Assembly (NCBI RefSeq): GCF_006345805.1
Contig: NC_043000.1
Span: 142,414,001-142,478,000 of the forward strand
DNA: 64,000 bases
DNA from: Octopus sinensis
Lineage: Eukaryota
Direction: 5' to 3'
In this document: one piece after another, positions 40,867-53,425 of the stretch
Numbering within the stretch: the stretch's first letter is position 1
Layout: each line of letters begins with the position of its first letter
Position numbers and translations under genes: made by a program
The notes under the pieces: generated by a model
What the model saw: only the letters and a program-made list of their open reading frames with translations
What the model was told of the DNA's origin: nothing
The model's database searches: none

Positions 40867-41694
40867 TAATAATAATAATAATAGTCTATCTTTTTAAAGC
40901 TGATCGTTTCTGTGTTCGAAAGCTGAATGTATGTAAATTTCCGAAATTATTCTTAGTAAGATTGAAAATATGCACAGGAAATTGTAAATATTCCAGTCTT
41001 TGGGAATAGTAGGATGAAGAGATGTTTTCTTATTGAATTTTTGAATTTCCGAATGTATTTTTCTTTTTCATGTAATTTTTTTCTTTTCTTCTTAAAAGTT
41101 TTGCTGTGGTTTACAGTTTTTGTAGTCGTACAGTATGTATATATTAGCAGGTATTTACCTTCTTAATTTTTTTTATTGTGCATTAAATACTGTTGTTACA
41201 ATAAAAGCATGTTTACATATTCGGGCGGTCAGGGAAAAAAGGAAAGATAAAATGTACACACAAAATCGGAGATATTAATTTCTGAATTTTTTTGAGATGT
41301 TTGTTTATATGCCCGTTCAGAGAGGGCTGTAGTGTTTTTGTAATAAAATGGATGTTTACATTTTCGAAAACTCAGGGAGAAAGAAAAGGAAAGAAAGGGA
41401 AGGTAAAATTTTCACAGAGACTTGTAGATATTAAGGCTTTAAAATTTACTGGAGATGGTCTGTTGTCTGTCAGAACAGAGAAAACTGTATTGTACTTTTG
41501 GAATAAAGAGCAATACTTTTGAATACGCAGGGGGAATTGAAAGGATAGGTTTTCATAGAAGATAGGGATAATAAAGGTTTTAAAGCCGATCGTTTATATG
41601 TTAAGAAACTGTAGGTATGTAACTAACTTAACTTATTTTGGGGGAAATTCATTATACTGACAGGAAATTGTAGATTTAGGGAGTTATTTTTCAG

Positions 41695-41743
41695 TTGTCC
41701 TGCTGGGTTTTATTGGCGTTTCTGTGTCTTCAGCTGTTTACAG
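41695..41743 (+). CDS. Candidate small exon encoding a hydrophobic, signal-peptide-like segment
   Basis: Acceptor gagttatttttcag| and strong donor CAG|gtgaga; reads LSCWVLLAFLCLQLFT(G) in phase 0-1, or VLLGFIGVSVSSAVY in phase 1-2. Confidence 0.25.
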
Positions 41744-43274
41744 GTGAGAGCAGCGATGAACACGTTCAGCCAGCCGCTTAATAAAAAGAAAACTTTAATA
41801 TCTAAAACTTCTGTGAATACCTAACCTTTCCTTTCTCCCTGAATATTCGAAAATGTAAAACAACCTTTTCATTGCAAAAATATTACTGTATTTTCCAACT
41901 GAACAATTCAAGAAAACTTAAAATTTTTAATATATTAAATTTTGTATGAAACTTATCCCTGACAACCCAAATATGTAAATATATGTTTTATTGCAACAAC
42001 ACAATATATTTTAGAAATTCAAAAGTTCAACGACGTGAATATCAGTATTTAGAAACGGCTTTTTTATGAAATTCAGAGTTTTCTTTTGCATTGGTGGAAG
42101 AGACGAGAAACGATTAACACTTATTAGAGGTGGTGCTCTTCTCTTGCAGTTAAGAAGCGATCATTTTCCTTGGATCCTAACGATACTTTTGTTATCGAAA
42201 TGGTTTCGAGAAATGTTTGTCCTGTGTTTATGATGTCAGAAAACGTTTATTCCTCTATTTTATAGCGATGGATAATGGTTTACTAAGTTGGTTTCTTTTA
42301 AACGAAGATCTTTTATGCCTTTTGAATGTGCTACTGCAATATCCCGCATGATACAGGGGACTGGGAGGTATCCCCCCTACATTATCTTTCATTTTCCAGA
42401 TATACCATGACAGACAAGTATTGTGATCTCTGAATTGAATTGATTATACATTACTCTTTTACTTGTTTCGGCCATGCTGTATCACCGCCCCAAATAGGTT
42501 GTAAAATTATTGATTAAAGCCCGCTACCTGATCACTACTAAAGAATAAAAACCAAGGTTCTGTAATGTTTTTTCTAAGCAAAAGGTTTCAGCATGATTGA
42601 TCGCTCCACGAATGAAATACCGTAGTGCTGCTGTATGTGACATCGACTTTACACTTGAATACACCAATACACAAACACCGTCCCATACACAATACACTCA
42701 CATCCATACATACATAAACCCACAACACACACACACACAGACACACACATACGAACACTCACGAACACGCAGAAAAACACACAAACACGTACATGCACGC
42801 ATTTTGATAATTAGTGGGCTTCAGAAGAAAATGTAGTACTCAGTGCAATGTAGTTACAAACTGAATGTCCATTTTCAGGGCACTCTATTTGTCCTGGAGC
42901 ATACATACATACATAGATACATACATACATACATACATACATACATACATGCATACATACATACATGCATACATACATATATGCATTGATACACGAGCTT
43001 ATATTATGTGCGTACACAGATATTCGCCACACAGATGCATACATGTTGCGGTTGTGTTTAAATGATGTTTGTAAATGTACCTAAGGGCATGTCATAATTT
43101 GGCAAATCTATAGGTAGATTGCGATACAGGGAGGGATGGGTAGAGGTAGACAGAACAAGAGAGAGAGAGAGAGAGAGGGCTGAATGTGATAGTGAGATGG
43201 GTTTAGAGATGCAAAGACGCAATTCGTTGAGAATCATTATTCATATTTCAGACAAAGGAAAAGAAAAGAAATAC

Positions 43275-43550
43275 AGTAGTAGTAGTAGTTGTGGTGCTGG
43301 TGGTGGTGTTGTTGGTGGTAGTAGTAGTAGTAGTATTAGTAGTCGTAGCAGTAGTAGTAGTAGTAGTAGTAGTAGCAGTGGTGGTGTTGGTGGCGGTAGT
43401 AGTAGTAGTAGTAACAGCAGCAGCAGTATTATTATTAGTAGTATTAGTAGCAGTAGTAGTAGTAGTAGTAGTAGTAGTTATAGTAGTAGTAGTAGTAGTA
43501 GTAGGAGGAGGAGGAGGAGGAGGAGTTGTTGTTGTGATTGTTGTTGTAGT
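43275..43550. repeat. Mosaic (TAG)/(GGT)/(AGC)/(GGA)/(TTG) trinucleotide tract
   Basis: Visible directly; accounts for the poly-Ser and poly-Val ORFs. Confidence 0.9.
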
Positions 43551-44350
43551 TTATGCAAAGCTACCTACATTAGTAGAACCAAACTGTAGCGATATATGTC
43601 CGTTCAATCATTATTTAAAATATATCTGTATTTCTTCCCACGTCTGATATGCATGCATATATGCGTGTATGTATATGTTTCTATGCGTGCGTGTTTATTG
43701 TGTTGTCTGTCATATTGCAACGAATATTTCCTTTGCAGAATATATCCTGTTCTGTATATTCGTTATTTGTCATTTTCCCCACACACGATACTAGAAATAT
43801 GGCTGCCGCTATTTGTAAATGAAATATAGGATTTAAGACATTGAATATTAACTCAATGCCGGCGCAGTGGAGGCTACTTTACTTATAATAGAGACAGTCT
43901 TTTATATCATGATATATTCTTACTATTTTCATTAAAATGGAGACACGACGTCTCCGTTTCTTGCAATTGTTAATAAACCATGTGATTTAATTTATCGAAG
44001 AAAAAAAAAAGGCAAAACGGAGAATCTCTTCGTAAAGATTCCGAAAACGTAACAGAAAATCACATTTTGTCTTCTCACATTTTCATAGCAGTTTAGAGTG
44101 ATTCCGGTTACGTATGCATATTCTATACAGCCATCTATAAACAAAAGTAATCACACACACATATGGTGACACAGACGCACATACAAACACCCACACATAT
44201 ACACAAATGTTCATTCACTTTAACTCATACACACACATACACGCGCACATACATTGATATATACATATACTTACATACACACAGATATATGTGTGTTTCT
44301 GTGTAAAATGTGTGTCCGTCGGTGTGTATGTGTGCATGTTTAAGTATCTG

Positions 44351-44426
<76 letters not shown>

Positions 44427-44459
44427 TGTGTAAATAAATAGATAGATATAGATATATAT

Positions 44460-44640
44460 ATAGGGAGAATTCACAAAAAAAAAGACGAAGACAGGTAGTA
44501 TAGACAACAAACAGATGTATTAGTTTAATGCTCGGGAAGTGAAAAAGTCTTTAACGTTTCGAGCCTATGCTCTTCCACAAAAGGAACACAGAAAGGAACA
44601 AGCAGAGGAAATAAAGAATGGGTAGTGACTAGCGATCTAT
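44460..44640 (-). mobile_element. Family P2 copy with HHR-like motif
   Basis: Minus strand CCTTT TGTGGA A GAGC atag GCTC GAAACGTT AAAG; tail ends at (TA)n; homologous to 33421-33540. Confidence 0.6.
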
Positions 44641-44664
44641 CATGGCGAATATATACATACATAT

Positions 44665-44716
<52 letters not shown>

Positions 44717-44982
44717 CAAATACATACATTTTTATACACGCGCACACACACACGCAAACATATATATATACACACACATATATATGTACTCTCACACATA
44801 TATATATATATGTGTGTGTGTGTGTGCTGTATGTATATTCAATGCATATACATCACGGAAAGCCAAAGTAACTGCAGTATTCCTTTTCTGATAATATCTG
44901 TCATAGATTTACAATATTTAATAACACCTAAAATATATCGGTAGCAGATAAAAATCATCTGGCTGGGTTGGCAGCATCGCTA

Positions 44983-45586
44983 GCTGGGTGTCTAGAACTT
45001 ATTCTTGATTTTATTTCAAAGCCCTTGCCAGAGATGGTATCAACTGACATACGTAGTACATAGTCAACGACAATGATGAAAAGAAATGATCAGCCTGTAA
45101 TGACATGCATAAGATCTGGTCATCAAATCTAAGTAGAGACTTCAAACTTGAAATCTTCAAAGCCACAGTCGAACCAATTCTACTATATGGCTCAGAAACC
45201 TGGACGTTATCAAAGAAGCTTGAGAGGCGGTTGGATGGAACATACACACGCCTCCTTATGAGAGCTCAAAATCTCTCGTGGAAGCGCCATCCAACCAAAG
45301 TGCACATATATGGGAAACTACCACCTATGACATCTCTTGTGAAAGGTAGGATAGTCCAGTTTGCTGGACATTATTGTGGAGCTGAAAAAGAGGTAATTTC
45401 TACTCTCCTCCTCTGGAAGCCATCTACCCGCAATGCCAGAGGGTGCACACTCTCCTACTCTGATGTAATATCCAGGGATACAGGCATCCAGCAACAGGAC
45501 CACTGTAATGCCATGATGGACCGTGAAGTCTGGCGTAGCATGGTAAATTCCATTGTCTCGACCACGGTCGAACAATGATGATGATG
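44983..45586 (+). mobile_element. 5'-truncated RTE-clade LINE with inverted 5' segment and 10-bp TSD
   Basis: Forward part SACNDMHKIW...LLYGSETWTL...FAGHYC...LLLWKP...DREVWR plus (TGA)n tail. 44983-45088 read on the minus strand gives FLFIIVVDYVLRMSVDTISGKGFEIKSRISSRHPA. AGCATCGCTA at 44973-44982 and 45587-45596. Confidence 0.88.
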
Positions 45587-46319
45587 AGCATCGCTAAATG
45601 CATATTCCAACCTTTTTGTTCTTTGCCTGTGGCAAGTATCTTCTGGCAGCCACGTTCTGAGTTAAAGATTTCTCATTACCGATATAGGAAAACAGCACAA
45701 CTTGGAAAGTTTCTTTATTTATCTGGTCAGAAAGATTATCGCTGTCTCTACTTTGAGTTTTTTCTCTTTTGTGGACATTTGTTCAGAATTTATCAATATG
45801 AATACGCATAGTGTTTTTCCCTCCATATCACTCATTTTACTCTGGACAGAATGATTTGTATACGTGGTCATTGTATAACCGTTCGAATTATATGAACATG
45901 ATATTGGAATTGATACTATGTCGTACTGCAAGGTAAGCCTGATCGAAATATAAATTATAATAATGGATAATAATGTAAAATTAATAATGTTGGGTTAATA
46001 TTGTAGAACCTTTATTATTAATTATCCCTACAAACTGTCATACATGGTGTGTTTAACCTCTCCGATACAAAATATTCGTTTAATGATCTTACTTATATGT
46101 TGACAATTCCACTTCTTATTTCAAGACATTTTGTAAAAGGTAATTAGTTTTTAGTTTAATTCTGAATGAATAACTAGTTTCGAGTAAGTTTGCTGTGAAA
46201 ACAATATAGTTCATTATAGGGATATCTATTTTACATTATACCTGCTGCTTAGCTCAGTGATTAGACTAGGGAAATGTTGGGGCACCTGTTGAATGGATTA
46301 ATCGATCAAATCGAGATCA

Positions 46320-46570
46320 GAACTTATACTTTTAAAGCCTGGTACTTATTTCCGAACAGCTATGACAGTAGGATGTTCCAACACTAATTATCAAGCAGAG
46401 TTGCTGGACAAAAAATAGACACACACACACACGCTAATATACGACGTGTTTCTTACAGTTTTCGTTTAACAAATCTACGTACAAAGCATCAGTCGGTCCG
46501 CGGCTAAAGTGAAAAACACTTGCCCAAGGTACCACGTAGCTGGAGAGCAAGCTTCTTGCCACATAGTTAC
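46320..46570 (-). mobile_element. Degenerate SINE family A copy
   Basis: acacttgcccaagg and acagttttcgtttaacaaatc are reverse complements of family A motifs; internal (AC)n. Confidence 0.6.
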
Positions 46571-48795
46571 ATAAGTGCCTATTTGCAACTATTTATTCAT
46601 CTCTATACACCAATAGGTGTCTAATGCCAGTAAATGGTCAAAATAGAACCGTGCTGGCATTTTATTCCATTGTCTCGTTTGGTGTATTTCTAAGGAGATT
46701 ACTTTGACTACAGCGAGATAATGCGGTCTCTAATTTCCAAGCAACTAATTACTAATTTCTTCTAGAAGGAGTTATGATATGCAAGCATTGTTGGAGTAAT
46801 ATCTCACTGTATTTAATACTATGCGTATGATATCCGGAAAGTTAAAGGATGTGTCTCTTATGAAGTCTTGAACGTAGACGGTTTTGTGAAACATTGACTG
46901 GTTATTGTGTAAACGATATGGTTCACTGTATTGGAATAATTGAAACTGACTGACAAATATGCCTTGGAGTCAGAAATTAGAGGTTAAAGAGAAATACCGT
47001 CAACTTAATATAAAAATATTAATATATGAGATGATATTGCATAAGAAGATATGCAAATACATGAAGCAAACACGCCCACTTATAACTACACATATTCACA
47101 GATATAAGTGTGAGTGTGTATGATTGTAGGTTTTTGTGTACTTCTGTCCTGGATATGAAAGTAACATCCGGTAGATCTTTGGTCTATTCTAACCCGGCGT
47201 AGTAGCGTTGTCAGGGTCCAGACAACAAATCAGAGCGCAAGGAAATAGAAATACACTTGGTTGGTGGCAGAATGTCTAATAAAACCAGTTCGTGAGATAC
47301 ACATAATTATTATTAGACTACACTTTCAAGAGGGAGACACTGCTGTAAAACCTGCGCTTTTGCTTGATTACTGGTCATTACGCTTCGCACTGTCACTAGT
47401 TATTATTCATGGAGACTCAGAAAGTGTACTCGTGTGATACAGTCGTTTATCACTGTACTCCAATAACGTGAGAAGTCATTTTATGTTTGCATCCTTTTTC
47501 ACACAATCTAGTTAGAGGTAAACCTATTAGTAGAAGGCGACATATTATTATTATTATTGTTGTTGTTGCTGTTGTTGTTATTCAATAGTCTTAATTTTAT
47601 TACGTGCTTTCACTGCACTGATGAGCGTAGCTCCGTGTTCCTTGGGTGTGTGCTGTGGTTTGTTGTGACGCTCTTATTGTTATTGTATTGAAAGTGTTTT
47701 ACGTAGAATGTGTACAGTGCCTAGTAGTGCTATTTTCTGTATATTATATATATTTGTTAGTTCTGGTGTTTTTGTTATGCATTTATCTGAAAACGTTTTT
47801 ATCATATTTAACGTGCCTACCATGATAGTAATTCTATCTGTTTTTAGACTCCACGTTCGAGTTACTTCTATTTCCAGGTTTTCGTATTTTGAAAGATTCT
47901 CCATTTCTTTTAGAGAAACGTTGACATCTCTTGGTATTAATACACCGATAAGAAAGCATTTTTTCTTGATGATCTCTGACAACTATATCTGGCGTATAGG
48001 CCTTACTTTCTCTCTCTCTGTGTATTGGCATATCCCATAGTATTGTAGCTTTCTCCTTTTCTGTGATATTTTCTGGCGTGTGCGTATACCATCTTTTCTC
48101 TGTTGTTATTCCATAGTGTTGGCATACCTCCAAAGTATATAGATCTCAATTCTGTCGTAGCTGTGAGTATATCTCTTCTTAGCCAGGACTGGGAAGCTAG
48201 AAACAATATGGTTTATTGTTCCTTGTCCAGCTTCACATATTCTGCAGTTACTTCTTATGTTTCTTTTCATTACGTTTTTGCTAATTTCTGGTGGAGAGGC
48301 TTTGGTCTTGTGCTGCCATGAAAAATCCTTCAGTCATTGCTCTGAGCTTTTCTTGCCATCGTTTTACCATGGTCTGTTGTTGTTTCAGTTTTAGTTTGGA
48401 TTTCAGCTGATTTACAGCCTATGACTTCTTTTCTCTGTTTCTCAGCTTCCTTAAAGACGGAAAACGGATTTTTTGTTTTCTTCGTGTTTTCTGGCTATTT
48501 GCATTGGTTTTCCTTGCTTCTGAAGTAGGTATTTTTGTAGTCCTATGGTGGTTATTTTCAATACTTTTCTAAATGTATCAGTCTTCTACCAGCTTCCATA
48601 CGTTGTTTTTATAAACTCTCAGAGTCAGATTTTGGGTAGTGCATCCTAAATCGTGTTATTATTTGTCTTGTTTTCCTATCTATTTTTGGCTGGTCCATTT
48701 AAGGATATTGTAGCTGTAACTTATAACTGGGACGGCTAGAGTGTTGATATCTATTAACTCGTCTATAGTATATTTTTAAAACATTTTCTCTTTCA

Positions 48796-49035
48796 GTTCT
48801 ATATTTAAGAGACGAGGAATTATGTACCTTATTTACATTATTTTCATTTGACGGATATATGTTCTCATCTTGTTTGTTGTTAACACAACGTTTCGGTTGA
48901 TATACCCACCAGCCTTCATCAGGTGTCTTGGGGAAAAATTCGAACCTGGGCATATGGTGTAGTGGGTAAGAGCGTGGACTACTAATTCCAAGATTCCGAG
49001 TTCTATTCCACGCAATCACCTGGATAATAATAATA

Positions 49036-49072
<37 letters not shown>

Positions 49073-49083
49073 TAATAATAATA

Positions 49084-49118
<35 letters not shown>

Positions 49119-49165
49119 TAATAATAATGATAATGATAATAATAATAATAATATAATAATATAAT

Positions 49166-49197
<32 letters not shown>

Positions 49198-49353
49198 TAA
49201 TAATAATGATAATAGTAATAATAATAATAACATCGAAAAATACCTTGAGAAAATTTCCCCAAGACACCTGATAAAGGCTGGATCATATATCAGCCGAAAG
49301 TGTTAGCAACAAGACGAGGACAAATATCCGTCAAATGAAAATAATGTAAATAA
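48796..49353 (+). mobile_element. Composite insertion: inverted tail + tRNA-like head + (TAA)n + HHR-bearing tail
   Basis: A box TGGTGTAGTGG at 48955 and B box GAGTTCTATTCC near 48998; the tail at about 49250-49353 is repeated in inverted form within 48796-48947; 11/12-bp flanking repeat ttttctctttca / ttttttctttca within the LINE. Confidence 0.85.
48882..48927 (-). ncRNA. Minimal type-I hammerhead ribozyme motif
   Basis: GACAC CTGATGA A GGCTG-loop-CAACC GAA ACGT T GTGTT: intact core, palindromic stem III, one C.A mismatch in stem II, GUU triplet. Confidence 0.7.
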
Positions 49354-51566
49354 TTTTTTCTTTCATTTGTGTGTATTGTATCGTATAAAGTTCATTGATT
49401 CCTAAGTATTTGTATACTTAGCTATGGTCTAAATATCTTATTTGATTTCCTTTTTCTATTGTGATGTAGCTACTCTTAACTAGTTTTCCACTTTTCAAGT
49501 TTGCTTTGGCACATTTTTCTAACCGAAATTTCGTATGTATTTCTTTGGTAAATCCATGTACTGTCTGTAGTATTTTTTCCTGCTGTTTATCATTTGTAGC
49601 GAAAAGTTTTAGATCATTCATATATGAGAGGTAGCTGATTGTTTTGCCGTAACAGTTGCATCCACATCAAGTTCTGTTTAGCATGTCAGATAAAGGTGTC
49701 AGTGTCAAACATAAAAGACGTGGAAAGAACATGTCTCCCAGGAATATGCCACTTTTAATGGGGACGTCTCTCTTTTGTCTGGAGCTTTAGCATTGCCTAC
49801 CATTTATTCATGCAATGTGTTATATATTTCATGATTATTGGTGATACCTTGTTCATGGCTAGTGTTTCTTGGATCAATGTGTGGAGAATACTATCAAAAG
49901 GCTTTCGGTAATCGATTCAATCCATACTCAGATCCTTTCTTCTTTCTGCAGTTGTCTTCAATTATGGTTTTATTGATCATTAGTTTATCTTTATAGTCGT
50001 ATGAAACCTTGCAGCATCCCTTATGCAATATTATTGCGGTAAAGGCTTTGTAAATTGTAGGGAGAAATTAGTGGTCTGTAACTTTGTTAGTTAACCGTTT
50101 CTGTGGATTAGGGAATTAGGATAGTTTTCCTTTCACTGAGTCATTGAGACATTGTCTCCAGCTCAAATAGTATGTCATTAAAATTCTCAGCCATCTTTTT
50201 ATGTGTTCCTGTCAGATACTTTAACCAGAAGTTGGGGATCTTATCGTGCTCGGGTGATTTCCAATTGCTTAGTTATTGCAGTGACTGGGTAACCTGTCAC
50301 TGCAATAACCTGAACTGAACTGTTCAGGTGCAGAGTTTGTTGTTCTGATACACACCTCTTTTGAGGTTCTTCCTTCTCCGACTATATTTCTTTCCAAAAT
50401 TCTTCCACTTCTTCTACTGTTGGTGCTGCATTGATGTCTATTTTATTTTTGGTAAGTTCTTCATAGAATATTTTTGGTGATGGAGTTCAGCTGTTTGTTT
50501 TGTTCAAAGAAACGTTGGCATTTCTCATACCGTTGGATTCTTTGTACTTTGGCAAGGATCTCTTGCTTTAGCTGTTCTTTTTACCTCATGTATACCTTTT
50601 TCTGTAATTTCGTATTTACTTAGTATTATTGTTCTAGCGTTGATTGTCTACTAATCTCGTTAGGGATTGACAGATCTTTTCTCTTATTTTCTATTTTTAT
50701 CTGGATCTTATTTATCCACTTTGTTTGTTTGGGTGGTGGTATTCATGTTTGGATGGGTTTGCGGGAGTATCCAGCTTATTTTGTGGCCACAGCGGCTGCT
50801 GCATATATTGCTTCATTTAGCCTGGTCATATTGACATTTCTTTCTGTGGCTGTTAGTTCTGTGACGGCCAGGTTCATACTATTTCTTATTGATGTTGTTT
50901 TAGTATCAATTTCAATTTTTGGGAGGTACAATCGGTGGTCCATACTGAAATCTGTGGCTTTCAGCTCTTTCATTATGATCATTTTTAGAGTATAACAATC
51001 ATTAGTTTCACCTTTTCTAGGTTTTAGATTTGTTCCGTATTCTCCTCAGTTTATATTTTGTCGGTACTGTTCTCGCTTGGTGCATTTTGCTCATAATTTA
51101 CATTCCAAAGAATATTAACAAGACATCACTGAATTGAGCTCTTACAAATAATTATACATTACGTACAAAGCAGATCCGCACGTCTACATATAAATATTTG
51201 CACTAAATTTGCTTCATACAGTATGCATAATTATTTGTATCTATATTTTCCGTGTATTGTGTTGACGAAGGAAAAACGTCTATTTTATAGTTTTAATGGA
51301 GAAATTGGAACACATTCACAATTAACGTGAGGTCCCTCAAATATTTTTTCACTAGCACGTTTTCAGCCATGTGTATATTTAATCTTGAGTTCTTGATAGT
51401 TTTTTTAATGTTTCGGCACTTTAAGTATGTTAAAGTTAGATCGTTTTCGCCCTTGCTTCCTTAATATAATAATATACATATGTACATTATTATTAATTTA
51501 ATATACAGATTACGTATAATTTTTATAGCATACTGACTACCTTATCCTTCTGTTCATTATGTATTT

Positions 51567-51627
<61 letters not shown>

Positions 51628-51657
51628 TCAAAATAAAAACATGATGCCAAGGATTCA

Positions 51658-51735
51658 GTGGTACATATGTTTCGGGCCTTTATTAGACGGATTTATAACA
51701 ATGCATAATGTGTGTCTGTGGCCTTCTTCAGCCGC
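51658..51735 (-). ncRNA. Minimal type-I hammerhead motif, mirror copy with a stem I mismatch
   Basis: As 52002-52079, but the stem I 3' strand is CCAC instead of CCGC. Confidence 0.65.
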
Positions 51736-52001
51736 GCACAACTACTTCCTCAAGGACATGTATTACATCAAAAAGTCTTGGTTGGGGATGCAAATCCTCT
51801 CATTCGCGTACGACATAATGCGGCAACAGCATAAAAATGAAGCGTCCATCTCGTTCTTCTCTCATTCTACTTTGAGAGAAGAACGAGATGGACGCTTCAT
51901 TTTTATGCTGTTGCCGCATTATGTCGTACGCGAATGAGAGGATTTGCATCCCCAACCAAGACTTTTTGATGTAATACATGTCCTTGAGGAAGTAGTTGTG
52001 C

Positions 52002-52079
52002 GCGGCTGAAGAAGGCCACAGACACACATTATGCATTGTTATAAATCCGTCTAATAAAGGCCCGAAACATATGTACCGC
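52002..52079 (+). ncRNA. Minimal type-I hammerhead ribozyme motif
   Basis: GCGG CTGAAGA A GGCC-41nt-GGCC C GAA ACATATGT A CCGC; palindromic stem III; predicted cleavage after GUA at 52075. Confidence 0.75.
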
Positions 52080-52203
52080 TGAATCCTTGGCATCATGTTT
52101 TTATTTTGATTAATTTACTCCACCACCAACACCACCAAACGGTATATACAGGTGCTTACAATTATCAAGTACTCACCCCGAATTTCTATATATATATATA
52201 TAT

Positions 52204-53404
52204 TGTTACGGTTTAGCTGGTGCATTTCCCGGTGACCCACATTGGAATTATGGTTCCGGCATGTCTAGTAGAAAAGTGACAGTCTTTTGTTTAATGGAGG
52301 ACTAATGGGTTTTGGAATGACCTGTGACCTTGTGCGGGTGAATTAGGGGTCGCTCTGGACACCCCTTGAATATGTCGTGAGAGAGGATGAGGGGGCAGAG
52401 AGGGACAGGCAGAGAGTATGGTAGAGCTGTCAAGAGAGGGTAATAGGCAGCAGGCGATAGAGATAGGCAGTAAGAGAAAAGGGACAGATAGAGAGGGTAA
52501 TAGGCAGCAGGTGATAGAGATAGGCAGTAAGATCAGAGAGCAGATAGAAAGGCTATAAGCAGTAAGGGACAGATTGAGAATAGAGATAGAGTATAAAGCT
52601 AAGAGAGCAGTTAGAAAGGGTATGAGCGATATAGACAGAGGGAGATGAGGTAGTGGAAGTCAGGACGAGGAGGTGAGGTTTTGGGCAGTCGTTGAGCGGT
52701 CGTCGAAGAAGACAGACGGATCTTGCAGTCGCTGGCCGGTCCTCGAAGAAGACAGACGGACCTTGGATTTAAGGAGCAAGCGTTGGAATTCTTAGGAGCA
52801 AGTTGGATGCGAGAAAGCTTGGCGGCACAGAAGGGAATTAGCAGTATTCAGAGGAATTAGCAGTATTGAGAGGAATGGGACACTGGCAGATTCAATTAGG
52901 AATTGAGGTATGTGTTTGTGCATTGATATGTGTCACGGTGTATTGAACAGTGAAAAGAACAGTCAAGGACTCTGTCGATGTGGTCGATAAAGGACATTGT
53001 GAAGAAGAAGAGTAAAGGACTTGTTGATTGTGATGTTTAGGAAGAGACTTTAAAGAACTGTTGTCTTGGGACGTGTACTCTTGAATTGTTACATGATGTT
53101 GTATTATGCTTTGAGTTGTACTCTTGAAATGCTGTTGTATTATGTATTGAGTAGTCACGTGAATGCTTTGGTGTATCTTGATGTTGTAACAATTGAAATT
53201 GTCGTATAAACTGTTGTTTGAATATAAGCCAGTGTTGCCAGTTGTTGCCTTGCCTCTTTGGGTTGTGTCTCGGGTTGTGCCTCTGTATCTCTGTGCTGTT
53301 GAGGTTGTGGCAGTATCTATCTGTATCTCCTCTCTCCGCCTCTTTGGGTTCCGTGGCGAACTAGTGGGCCGTTCGGGCGAGCGACGACGGGGGATTCCGT
53401 AACA
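52204..53404 (+). repeat. 5' LTR (1201 bp)
   Basis: About nine substitutions and one 1-bp indel versus the 3' LTR, counted by eye. Confidence 0.97.
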
Positions 53405-53406
53405 AC

Positions 53407-53425
53407 TGGTGTCAGAAGTGGGATT
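53407..53425 (+). promoter_or_regulatory. Primer-binding site complementary to the 3' end of tRNA-Leu(CAA)
   Basis: TGGTGTCAGAAGTGGGATT, 2 nt after the LTR; its reverse complement AATCCCACTTCTGACACCA matches the conserved 3' end of metazoan tRNA-Leu-CAA as recalled. Confidence 0.85.

Larger units (their letters stand above)
47581..51020 (-). mobile_element. Older R4/Dong-clade LINE, same family as 36899-40866
   Basis: MDHRLYLPKI, AIYAAAAVATK, NDLKLFATNDKQ and KIALLGTVHILRK; shared 3' UTR; 3' end runs into (AAC/AAT)n; interrupted at 48796-49353. Confidence 0.92.
51623..52114. repeat. Long palindrome: 242-bp arms, 8-nt spacer, one mismatch seen
   Basis: Arms at 51623-51864 and 51873-52114; spacer ttctactt; T51659 versus G52078; the two strands give near-identical translations in the ORF track. 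Confidence 0.97.

Noticed and set aside
40893-41625. Weak ~45-bp direct repeat at about 40893 and 41578
   Set aside because: Low identity and no LTR, TSD or coding features.
51566-52096. Two near-identical ~98-aa ORFs on opposite strands
   Set aside because: They are a by-product of the palindrome; no recognisable protein.
52148-52185. caggtgcttacaattatcaagtactcacccc resembling a Tc1 TIR start
   Set aside because: Too short, with no partner end or transposase beyond the LTR element.
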